64,000 bases of DNA. Source: Hamiltosporidium tvaerminnensis FI-OER-3-3. Lineage: Eukaryota > Fungi > Microsporidia. Numbering within the stretch: position 1 is the stretch's first letter; each line of letters opens with the position of its first letter. Shown in pieces: positions 36,186 to 47,605 of this stretch. The notes beneath the pieces were generated by a model, which was not told the DNA's origin, did no database searches, and worked only from the letters and a program-made list of their open reading frames with translations. Both the position numbers and the translations under genes were made by a program. The DNA lies in assembly GCA_022605425.2 (NCBI GenBank), contig CM061254.1, forward strand, positions 62,001 to 126,000. Direction: 5' to 3'.

Positions 36186-37320
36186 TGTGGGGTAGGGATA
36201 TAAGGGGTAGGGATATAAGGGGTGGGGATATAAGGAGTAGGGATATAAGGGGTAGGGATATAAGGGGGTGTAAAGTATTAGTAGATGAATAGGGTGTTAG
36301 TATATAGTAAGGATGTGTTAGAGGGTGTTAGTAATAATGAGTAGGGATATAAGGGGGTGTTAAGTATTAGTAGATTATTGTAAGGGTGTTAGTATATAGT
36401 AGATGATTGTAAGGGTGTTAGTGATAAGGAGTAGGGATATAAGGGGGTGTTAAGTATTAGTAGATGATTGTAAGGGTGTTAGTAATAATGAGTATAGTTA
36501 AGAGGGTGTTAGTAATAAGGAGTATAGTTAAGAGGGTGTTAGTGATAAGGAGTATAGTTATAGGGTGTTAGTGATAAGGAGTATAGTTAAGAGGGTGTTA
36601 GTGATAAGGAGTATGGTTATGAGGAGTATAGTTAAGAGGGTGTAAAGTAATAAGGAGTAGGGATATAAGGGGGTGTAAAGTATATACTAAGGATGTGTTA
36701 GAGGGTGTTAGTATATAGTAGATTATTGTAAGGGTGTTAGTGATAAGGAGTAGGGATATAAGGGGTGTTAGTAATAGTAGATTATTGTAAGGGTGTTAGT
36801 ATATAGTAAGGATGTGTTAGAGGGTGTTAGTAATAATGAGTATAGTTAAGAGGGTGTTAGTAATAAAGAGTATGGTTATAAACGTAAAGTATTAATAGAT
36901 GATTATAAGGGTGTTGGTTTAGAGTAAGGATGTGTTAGAGGGTGTAAAGTATTAGTAGATTATTATGAGGGTGTTAGTGATAAGGGTAGTAAGTTAAAGG
37001 GTGTTAGTAATAAGGAGTATAGTTATAGGGGTGTTAGTAGTAATGAGTATAGTTATAGGGGTGTTAGTAATAAAGGAGTATGGTTAAGAGGGTGTTAGTA
37101 ATAAGGAGTATAGTTAAGAGGGTGTAAAGTAATAAGGAGTAGGGATATAAGGGGGTGTAAAGTATATACTAAGGATGTGTTAGAGGGTGTTAGTAATAAG
37201 GAGTATAGTTATAAGGGTGTTAGTAATAAGGAGTATAGTTAAGAGGGTGTAAAGTATTAGTAGATGATTGTAAGGGTGTTAGTTTAGAGTACTAATGAGT
37301 AAGAGGGTGTTAGTATGTGT
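36186..37320. repeat. AGGGTGTTAG-based G-rich satellite in the divergent intergenic region
   Basis: Many agggtgttagt/agggtgtaaagt cores at ~30-bp spacing. It begins with 15-bp GGGGTAGGGATATAA units. Confidence 0.92.
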
Positions 37321-37607
37321 ACTATATACTAACACCCTTTAACCATACATTTTATCCTTTCCTCCACTCCCTCTATTATAATAATACCCCTTACCCCTCT
37401 ACAACCTTTATATAATAATTCTATTACAACCCCTTATATATGTCAACCTTTATATAATAATTCTATTATAAACCCTTCTATTATAATTCTACAACCTTTA
37501 TATAATAATTCTAACTTAAACCCCTTATATATGTCACTCCTCTATCATAATTCTATTATAACAACTCTACAACCCTTATATAATAATTCTATTACAACCC
37601 CTTATAT

Positions 37608-38384
37608 ATGTCAACCAAGCTATTTAAAACTTACAACCTTTCTCTTATAATAGAAAACCTTTCTTCTTTAAAAAATTTAAATAAAATAAAAAAAAATCGT
37701 ATTTGTATAAAAGGAGGTGTTAAAGATATGAAAATTAAAATATTAAAAAATACTTTAAATTTTTTAATTTTTAAATATAAAGAAATAGAAAAAAATATAT
37801 TTCAAAGTAATTTTAGTGTTAAAAGGTATAAAGAAGTTATTAATATTTATAAGGGTGTTAGTTATAAGATAGAAAGTGTTAATACAAGTATTTTAAATGA
37901 AATTTATAAATTGTTTTATAGAAGAATAGGAAGAGAGTGTAATGTATATAATGGTATTACTATATATGAATGTGGTAATAAGGATAGTAATATAGGGCAA
38001 GTGGATATTAATTTGGATATTAATTTGGATACTAATTTGGATACTAATAATATAGATAGGAATATAGATAGGAATATAGATAGGAATCTAATTAGGAATA
38101 TAGAAAAGAGTGTAGATAGGAATATAGAAAGGAGTATAGATAGGAATATAGAAAGGAATATAGATAGGAATATAGAGGGTAATATAGAAAGGAGTATAGA
38201 AAGGAGTGTAGATAGGAATATAGAGGATAATAAATATATCACTAATGAAGATTATAACATAGAAAGGAGTATAGAGGATATAACAGAATGTAATATTGAC
38301 TTTAATAGGTTTGTAGAGTTTGATGTAAATGATGAAGAATTAAAGGTATTGGAAAGGATATATGATTTTATAGATAGGGGGTGA
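37608..38384 (+). CDS. Hypothetical protein with NI(D/E)R tetrapeptide repeat
   Basis: 258-aa ORF with a CCC motif before the ATG and 12-bp repeats at ~38045-38225. No family recognised. Confidence 0.6.
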   Translation: MSTKLFKTYNLSLIIENLSSLKNLNKIKKNRICIKGGVKDMKIKILKNTLNFLIFKYKEIEKNIFQSNFSVKRYKEVINIYKGVSYKIESVNTSILNEIYKLFYRRIGRECNVYNGITIYECGNKDSNIGQVDINLDINLDTNLDTNNIDRNIDRNIDRNLIRNIEKSVDRNIERSIDRNIERNIDRNIEGNIERSIERSVDRNIEDNKYITNEDYNIERSIEDITECNIDFNRFVEFDVNDEELKVLERIYDFIDRG

Positions 38385-38389
38385 TAATA

Positions 38390-38940
38390 AGAGTAGGATA
38401 TAGGGTGATAGTAATAAGGAGTATAGTTAAGAGGGTGTTAGTAATAAGTAGTAAGGAAGAGGGTGTTAATAAAAGTAGTAAGGAAGAGGGTGCTAGTAAT
38501 AAGTAGGATAGAGGGTGTTAACATAAGTACTTATGATCAAAAGGGTGTTAGTAATTAGTACTATGACTAAGAGGGTGATAATAAGGGATATCTTATTAAG
38601 AGGGTGTTAGTAATACTGTAGTCAATAAGAGGGTGTTAATGATAAGTACTAATGAGTAAGAGGGTGTTAGTAATAAGACATATGTTATTAAGAGGGTGTT
38701 AACATAAGTACTTATGATCAAAAGGGTGTTAGTAATTAGTACTATGACTAAGAGGGTGATAATAAGGGATATCTTATTAAGAGGGTGTTAGTAATACTGT
38801 AGTCAATAAGAGTGTGTTAGTAATAAGACATATCTTATTAAAAGGGTGTTAGTAAAAGTGGTAATAAATAAGAGGGTGTTAATGATAAGTACTAATGATT
38901 AAGAGGGTGTTAGTAATTAGTACTAATAATTAAAAGGGTT
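38390..38940. repeat. AGGGTGTTA-based satellite with internal ~180-bp duplication
   Basis: Same core as 36186-37320. The block acataagtacttatgatcaaaagggtgtt...gtagtcaataaga occurs twice. Confidence 0.9.
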
Positions 38941-39324
38941 ATTTATCCTAATTATATTAAAAGCTTTTAATCTTTTACAAATTTGTATTTTAAATTCTTA
39001 AAAAATAAATTATTAGTTTATTTGGTATATTAAAGCTTTAGAAAAGATAAATAAAATAAAAATTATTTGGTTGGTGTTAGACCATGTAGAATTTATAATA
39101 CATTGTATTTTAAGGTAGGTAATGATAATGTGTATAAATTTCTAGAAATTTTTCTAGTAAAAATATATAAAAAATAGAAAATTATTTTGTAGTTTTTCCT
39201 ATCACTGTATCATACACTATGATTCTATAAATAATATATTTTAATTTAAAAGCTTAGAAACCTTACTTACTTGGGTTAGAAGTCTTAAGTGATAATTAAA
39301 GAATATGTTTTAAAAATATTGTAA

Positions 39325-42300
39325 TTTTATTTAATAAAATTCTGGGTTAAAATATTTTTTCCCATTTTTATATGTTTTATTCTACCTCTTTAACCACTAT
39401 TGTCTCTTCTTCCAAATCCGACTCTTCATTTATGTTATTGGTCGGTTCCTCCAAAGTAGTTCCTCCTTGTGAAATAAGAGGTGTATTATTTTTTGGTTTT
39501 AAAATTTTAACACCATCTTCCTCTCTTTTCTCTTCTTTTAAAGGGGGTATTGGTTCCTCATGCATCTCTGATCTCATAATAACACCCATTGACGCTCTCT
39601 CCCATCTCTCTTCGGCATTTAGTCCTGACTCAAGTCCTCTTCGTCGATCAAAGGAAATTGTTTCGACTGTTTTCTTAAGTACTATAGACTGAATGTATGC
39701 CTCTACATTCATGGGTATTTCTAGTCTTTTAAGATGAGATTAATGGTATTTTGTCACAATACCGTCCCAGGTCATCACATAAGGGATTATCTCAACACTA
39801 CACTTATAAATAAGACCCAACTCATTGGCTAGCAGGTCATACTTCCTAAGTTTTTCAGTTTCAACTATTTGAAGTGAATCTTGGGAAGTGATTCCTACTT
39901 CAATAAGCGTTATCTTATTTTTCTTCTTATCTAAAATAAATATATCGGGTCTGTTATTCCGAATTTTAACATCAGTTTTAATTCTGGTGTCCACTCTTAT
40001 CTCTGCATACTCATTATCAAGAATTTCTTGAACTGAGTGACTCCTAATTCGTTTTGAAGACTTAAACTTATATCTATTTAGGAGAAGTAAGTGTAGGCAT
40101 CTAACCACTTCATTATGCCGTCTGGTGTAGTCATGACCTAGCATTTTTTCACATCGAGTTGCTAGATGATCTACAGTTTTACCAGACTTGCCGCAATGTT
40201 GGCACACTCCATCTGCTCCCCAGAATACATTTCTATCCTGGATATAGCAGAACACTGCTTCATTTCGTGGCTTGATATTCCCTCTCTTTAGCCATCTTGA
40301 AGAGTCACTAACACTCACAAGCTCATTTTTTCTTGCATTATATAACTTTGAATGAAGTTTTCGTTTTTCTATTTCGTTATATAGTTTTGCAAGTTGAGCT
40401 TCTTCTAAACTTTTCTTAGTGACTTCTTCTACTAACCTGTACTTAACTTTTAAGAAGCCTTTTATTAGTGCAAGATGGGTTTTATTATTATTCTCCACCT
40501 TGAGGATTGCTGCTCGTCTAGTTGATATTTCTTTACTTTTTTCCAGACAATCCAAGAGTTGCATAAGCATATGTTCGCTTCGCAACTCAACACTATGTAG
40601 GCCTCTTCCAAGTTCTGTTCTAGGAAGGCAAACGCTCTTTACATACTGGGCGGAAATGTATCTTATTCTTCACTAACACCGCACGCACTGCATCATCTAA
40701 CTTAGAGAAGTCAGCCGGTTCAAGTCGAAGTACTCCTATGTAGTAGTTGATTAACGATATCGCATGTTGATTAATTGCAGAAAATAAATTTTTTGCATTT
40801 AATCTAGTGTGACAAAGTCTTTCAACTCTTGATATAAGTTTGCTTTGTACTTCTTCAAATGAGCTACGTGTCGGGATTCCTCTGCTATCTTCTATTATTC
40901 CTAAATATTTGTAAACACTAACACCTTCTAGAAGAGTAGCAGTATCTTCACAACACGTATCATTTGTGGCTGACTTCTCTTTGTTAATCTCTAACCCAAT
41001 CACCTCTAAAAATTCCTTTGCCTCACCTGTCATAGCACTCAATGTAGAGCTATCTTTCGCAAGGAGCTTAAGATCATCAATAAACAAGAGGTGATTAGTA
41101 GAGTGAAATTCTGCATCTGTTTGTACTGTCACTTTTGTGTATTTTTCACTAAGCTTTCGGCTTAATGGATCCATACACAATACAAACAACAATGTTGACA
41201 AACTATCTCCTTGTAGAATCCCTCTCTCAATCTTCTTGCTCATGATTTTTTCAGGCCCTACTGATATATCAATTTTCCATTTTGATATAATTACCTTAAT
41301 AAATTTCAGGATCCAATCAGGTAAATTAAGGTTTTCAATGCATTGAGTTAGATAAGCATGATCTATTGAATCATAAGCTTTTTTAACATCAATCCATGTT
41401 GCCTTAAGATTGTTTCCGTACTCTTTGTTAATGGCAATATTCAGTAGAGCCTGCTCTTTTGCTCCCTGCACACCTCTTACCGCCCCTAACTGGTTCTCTG
41501 CAAGCAACCCTCGCCTTTCCACTTCAATTTAAACGACTTCGTTACACACTTTGTCGTTAACTTATAGAGGTTGGACATACAAGTGATTGGCCTGTAGTCA
41601 GAGCCTCTTCGTGGAATTCCTTTCGGTATCACATACGTAAGCCCGCAGTAAAACCAATCAGCTTGAGGTGTTCCTTCTAAACATATAACTTTCACAGTAT
41701 CATAAAGATATTTGTGAAGAGTTGTAAGTTTCTTAATGAAAAAATTGTAAATACCATCAATTCCAGCAGCTTTCCAATTGGGAAGCCAATTAATGATATT
41801 TACAAATTCATCAAGTGAAGGAAACGTGGTCGGATGATTATCTGATACAAATGGAATCAAATAATCATCGTACGTGACTGCGTCATCATTTTTGTTCCAC
41901 ATTGTAGACCAAAAACTCACAATTTCATCACGACTGACCACATGCTCGGATTCTACACGCTCAGATAACCCACGATAAAATCGACCTCGGAAAAGCTCAA
42001 ACATACGATTCTCTTTTCGGAATTGCTTCCTACTTTCATGCATCGTAATTTTTTTCTCGTAAATATTCAAAGACTCATTCTTCTTGACTAAAGCCTCAGA
42101 AAGATCAGTTACGCTGCTCAAGTTTAAATTAAACTCTCGCATGATTTTCTTAAGGCTCTTTGTTTCCAAAGTGGAGAGCTTTTCCTGCTTACGAGCCTTC
42201 TCAAGAAGATCTTTGCAAAGTATTAACTTAGAAATTTTACTTTCTATATTTTCCTTCCAAGCGGATCTAGGCTTTTATTTGCGTGTTGCCTCGTCATAGC

Positions 42301-43030
42301 ATACCTGGGCTGCTTGGATTATCCGTGCCACTGCAGTTATCGTCATCGCCACACAAGAATCAGCATACTCACCGATAATTCAATTAATAAGGTCCAAAAC
42401 TTTACTGTCAAACAATTCACTTGTAAGCTTTCGAGTTCGAACCACCACTTTTCCAATTTCCTTCTCCGAGATTTCTTTGATTTTATTCAAAAATTTATCT
42501 CTCAGGTTTATGTACTCTGTGGTGTCAGTCAGGGTGCATGGCTCAGTGAGACAAGTGGCGATTCTACGTCGCTCTCCATTCTCTTCTTGCCTTATTTCCC
42601 TTTTCTGCTTCATTTTGTGCGAGTTTTTTAAACGCATCGATATCTAGTGTGCAGCTAAATTTCTCATTATAGTACCCTAGCGTAGCGGCCAGCCATTTCT
42701 GGGCATTCTCTTAAACCTCTTTTGCACTGCTAGAATAGCAGATCTAGGCCATTCCTGTTCTACGACTGTGACAGAGTCAAGTATTGAAGGCAATACCATC
42801 AGTCGATTTCCTTCTAAAATGGCATCTGTATTGAGGTTTTTCATGCCGTTGGCTGGTCCACACGCAGTCGCATCGGTACTAGAAGACGAAGGTATGGTGT
42901 CAACCAAGCAGACTGGACTAGTCTGGCTACTACTGCTTGCTTGGTGGTTGGTGGGGGGTGTTATGGAAGGTCGGTAGAGGTAATTGTCTCTCGGATAACA
43001 TTGCTACATCTATATAACACATCAAAATCT
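39325..43030 (-). mobile_element. Non-LTR retrotransposon copy C, 5'-truncated, frameshifted
   Basis: Six ORF fragments between 39377 and 42907 are colinear with A/B. Same 3' UTR (ttaacccagaattttattaaataa). Similarity to A ends near 43030, before the ATG. Confidence 0.92.
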
Positions 43031-43847
43031 CCCCCGCGCCGTTCTTCAAGATATTATACAAATATTAGAGTTAATTACATAAAATAGGTTCATAATCTTG
43101 GAATTGTATCAATTTTACGATTAATTAAAAAATAAGGAATATAGAAGAAGAGCCAGAATTATACAAATTACTTAAGTGAGCATTGGTTGAGTAATCCTAT
43201 TTTCAATTTTCATCAATAATATCCTTAAAAAACGTATCTATCTTGTGTTATAGTTATGGAAATAAATTCAAAGATAAATTTATATTCATATATTTATAAC
43301 CACTGTATTAAATCTAAACATTATTCGATATCAAAAAAATGTAATCGCACTACGTTATTCAGGAAATTTGGCTGAAAGTATATCTTTCGAAATAAAAAAT
43401 CTACCAAAGTCGGAGTAATGGCAATGTAAAATTTTTTATTAATATAGTTGAATTTCCGAAGTTTTGGTAGAAAATTGAAAGATATTAGATAGAGTTCTAT
43501 ATTACATTTTTTGATACAGATTATCTTTAGAATCAATGCATATCAGAAAAAAAAGCAATCTAAAATTTTCTTTCAGCATCTTTGCTTATTTTTGTTCTTA
43601 ATTCTATATCTATATTTATAAAAATGAACTATGCGTAGGTGCTTGTTTAATGTCTGAGAATAAAGTGTGTTATTTTTCTAAGAAGTGGTATCGTTTTAAT
43701 CATGAAAGTAGATTAACTTTAAAGGTAATGAGGAGATTTTTATTAAAAGGTGTTAATAGCACAGGGTGAATTCCAATGGTGTTAATATATAACGTAGTAA
43801 GTTACAGGGTGTTTACTTATGGTAATAGGTTAATGAGTGTTAACCCT

Positions 43848-43982
43848 TTGCATTCGTATGTCGCCGTATATGCGACAGAGTATGTTTTACCGTTGCACTC
43901 GTATGTCGCCGTATAGGCGACACACTATGTTTTACTGTTGCGCTCATATGTCGCCGTATAAGCGACATAATACATTTTACCA
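43848..43982. repeat. 3 x 45-bp subterminal repeats with TGTCGC-N7-GCGACA palindrome
   Basis: Directly visible at the left end of the piggyBac. Confidence 0.9.
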
Positions 43983-44524
43983 TAAAAGTGAAATGCAATA
44001 ATAATATATAATATGCGTTTATCTTTTGCTCTTTGGTCTGCTGAGGAGATATTTATATGAAATTAAGTAAATAAATATAATACAGAGCTGAAAAGGAATT
44101 AAATAGAAGGGAAAACCAAACAAAAGTCTAATCACATCAGAAAAAAATCCCTTCTCTGTTCTTGTAAAAGAAATTTCGAGTCAAAATCAACAATGAGCCA
44201 GCCCCAGGATGACAATAAAAAGGGATTAGTCTCTCCCTAGCTTGTGAACAAACAGACTTGGCTTTTTTTCTGTGCAGTAGTTAATTTTTAAAAACTTATA
44301 ATTCGTTCGACTCATCATAACTTATATAAACTAAATTTCTAGTCTTTGTTTACCTTATCCCATTGTTGTTTCTAATCTAGCCGCTTAGAGTGATTGTTTC
44401 TTTTTCCGTAATTTTTTGTAAACATGCCCTAGCTAAGTCAGTATTGTCCGTGCTTCCGATCTATCTACATCGGCATAGTGTGCGTTAATTTTTACTAAAC
44501 TTTAGAATATTTTATACCCTTAAA

Positions 44525-46337
44525 ATGTCGAAAAAGGATTCACGAGGTGAGATTTTGAATCAGATAGACAGTAACGATGATGAGTTTTTTATGGACTCAT
44601 TTGGTGATAAAGAAGAATGCGATAAAAACAGTTTCACTAACTTCGAGGATGATAATCAAAACGAAGAAAATGATAATGACTTTAGTAGTGATAGTGATGT
44701 CATAGGGAACAAAAGAAGAAGAATAATACCATTGCCATCAACTTCAAGCAGTGAAGAGGATGTAAGCGAAACCAGAGACAATCGGCCATGGAAGGATGTT
44801 ACCATCGAAGATAATCCACCAAAGAGGTTTGATTTTATTTCTGGTGTTAGAAATGAAGGGCCACAAATCCATGATGACTGACCTAAACCTCTAGATTTTT
44901 TTAAATTGTTCTTCACCGATGAACTTATTGAAAAAATAGTAACTGAGACAAATTGGTGTGCACGAAATAAAATTACCCAAAAAAGACTCTCAAAAAGATC
45001 TACGTGGCACTCGTGGGTCGATGTTACCGTGGAGGAATTTCGGGCTTTCCTTGGAGTTGTGTTGAATATGGCACAATAACACTTGCAAATATCCAAGAAT
45101 ATTGGACCAAAAATTTTAATGCTAAAATACCTTTCTTTGGTAATATCTTAAAGAGAGAAAGGTTTTTGCAAATATTCTGGATGCTCCATTTAAATAAAAA
45201 TAATCCAAACGACAAAAGCCTTCGAGCCCGAACTCAAAAAGTGCGAGATTATTTAGACTTCTTGGATGAGTGGTTCAAGGAACATTTTGTTCCATCTCGA
45301 GAAATATCTGTGGACGAGTCGGTAGTCGGATTCAAAGGAAAAATAAGTTTCTTGACATACAATCCCAATAAACCCACCAAATGGGGAATAAGGATGTATG
45401 TCATGGCAGAAGCAAACACTGGGTAAGTTTATTATATTTTGCCGTATTATGGAAGCTTGACCTCAGAAGATTTGATACGACCCGATCTTCCAGTAAGTAC
45501 TAGAATTGTACTAGAATTATGCAATAAATTACTAGATAGTAATCCTGGAAGTACGGGATACCATATTTTTACTGACAGGTATTACACAAGCTTGCCACTT
45601 GCTCAGGAACTGTTGAAGTTAAATATTTATTTTACGGGCACAATACAGAGTAACAGGAAGTTTCTACCTGATTCCATAAAAAAACCAAGATTTTCTAAAA
45701 TTATACGTTTGCGTGTCGGTCAGGAAATATATTATTATCAGCATGGAAAGATAAAAGAATTGTCCTCGCACTATCCAGCTGGGATGTTTCGGGAACTGAA
45801 CCGGTAAATCGTCGAGTACGAGGAGGCATTATCCAAGTCATACACAAACCACATATTATTGTAAATTATAATAAATACATGGGAGGCGTAGATCGGGCTG
45901 ATTCCTATGCAACATCCTATTGCTTTCTTGGGAAATCATTGAGGTGGTGGCGCAAATTATTTTTTTGGGGATTAGAGGCATCTAACGTTAACGCGTATTT
46001 ACTTTATAAAATTGTCCAAACTCGTCAAAACAAAAGACCTATAAATCACTTCAAATTCGTAAGGGAAATTGTGGACGGATTGACTCAAAATTATAGAGAG
46101 GGGTCTAAGACCCATGGAAGACCTTCCACAACAGACAAAGAAGAACTTTTGAACGGAAAATTACACATCATGCGTCAAAATGAAAGGAAAAAGGACTGCT
46201 TGGTGTGCTCTAATCGTAAAGTGCCAGGTGGAAGGCATGAAACAAGTTACATTTGCAGCACATGCACTCGAAAACCAGGACTTCACATAGGTGACTGTTT
46301 TGAACGGTACCACACATTACAGAATTATAAACTATAA
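44525..46337 (+). pseudogene. piggyBac (PGBD4-like) transposase pseudogene
   Basis: SVDES, FTDRYY and MGGVD catalytic triad, KPTKWGI, WWRKLFFW and a Cys-rich tail. Stops at 44879 and 45424, frameshifts near 45060 and 45700. Confidence 0.92.
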
Positions 46338-47605
46338 TGTTTAATTTTTTGAAATAGCTTACTCATGTTTATTTAGCTTTAAGTAATAAATAGATGTATT
46401 TGGATAGGCATTATTATATAAAGATTTTACCCACACACAATATTTTATGTTTGTATCTATATTTTTAGATTATTTTTTTTCAAACAAATTTCACGTTCAT
46501 TATCTTTTTTTTACATGTCGGTTTCTCATTATTTTTGTATTAACTAAATTATTTTTTCATTTTTTTATAGTTCTTAAAAAAAAGTTATTGTATTACATAC
46601 AGTACAGACTCTTATTTCTCTTGATAAACCTCTATAGCCTAATATAAAAAAAAATAATTATATCTTTTTTTAGTGAATATATATGTTTTATTGAAATGTA
46701 TTACTATAAAAATGTTTTTGTTTTGATAGAATGTAAAAAAAAAATCCGAGTTGATACGTAACTTACCTAAATATTAATACGAGTACGGTGTAATACAAGC
46801 GCCATCAATATACGAGTGCAAAGCGTTAATAAATTTATATTTGGTTAACGGGTTGTTAATATAGATTGTTTTATATTAAAGGATGTTAGTGATAAGAAGA
46901 AATATGTAATACGTTGTTAATTGAGTGTGTAAGGTACTAAAGAGGGTTAATAATATACATGTATTATTAAAGAGGGGATTTACTGTTCCCACGTATTACA
47001 CCGATGCCAAAGGATAATCCATTTAAAAGTGTAAGCTTCTTTACGACTAACTTTTGGAAGGACAATAAAACGTACAAGAGTAAACGAAGCTTGTGTAGAA
47101 TAGTTTGGTTAAAACGTGTTTTCAAATCACAACCATATATAGCCAGTTCATTCGTGGAAATCTCTTCGGATTTTTTCTTTTAAACAGAAACAGAATCAAA
47201 AAAATATTAATTTTCAAACGCACTCGAAAAAATAAATACATACTAATTGAATTAATGAACTAATATATGTTTTTTTTTATTTTTGCTATATAAATGAATC
47301 TACTTTCTTTTATTATCACAGCAACACTCAAGGGGTAAAATCTAATCTAAAATATGTCAAAAGTATCAACATATAATTTACCATATCCGATCATATATAT
47401 TTCACTCTTGATTTTTTAAATTGATATAAATGACATTTCGTTTTGGTTTACATTTAAATATAATAAAAAAATTTAATCTATCAATGATCGAAAAAAAGTT
47501 GAAAATATTTCATCTAAATTAAAATTTAGTGACATTTTATTTACTAAAATGGAAAATTATTTTAAAAATAAAACTATATAAATATTTTTTCAATAGAAAA
47601 TTTAT

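Larger units (their letters stand above)
43844..46825 (+). mobile_element. piggyBac DNA transposon (2982 bp)
   Basis: TTAA at 43840-43843 and 46826-46829. 16-bp TIRs CCCTTTGCATTCGTAT / ATACGAGTGCAAAGCG with 2 mismatches. Confidence 0.93.

Noticed and set aside
26472-39742. In-frame stops in retrotransposons as stop-codon reassignment or programmed readthrough
   Set aside because: The stops replace different residues (W, L, E, K) at different sites in each copy, and TAA/TAG/TGA terminate normal genes. These are ordinary nonsense mutations.
24151-42977. Recurrent antisense ORFs in the retrotransposons
   Set aside because: They recur only because the copies are similar, and many have non-ATG starts.
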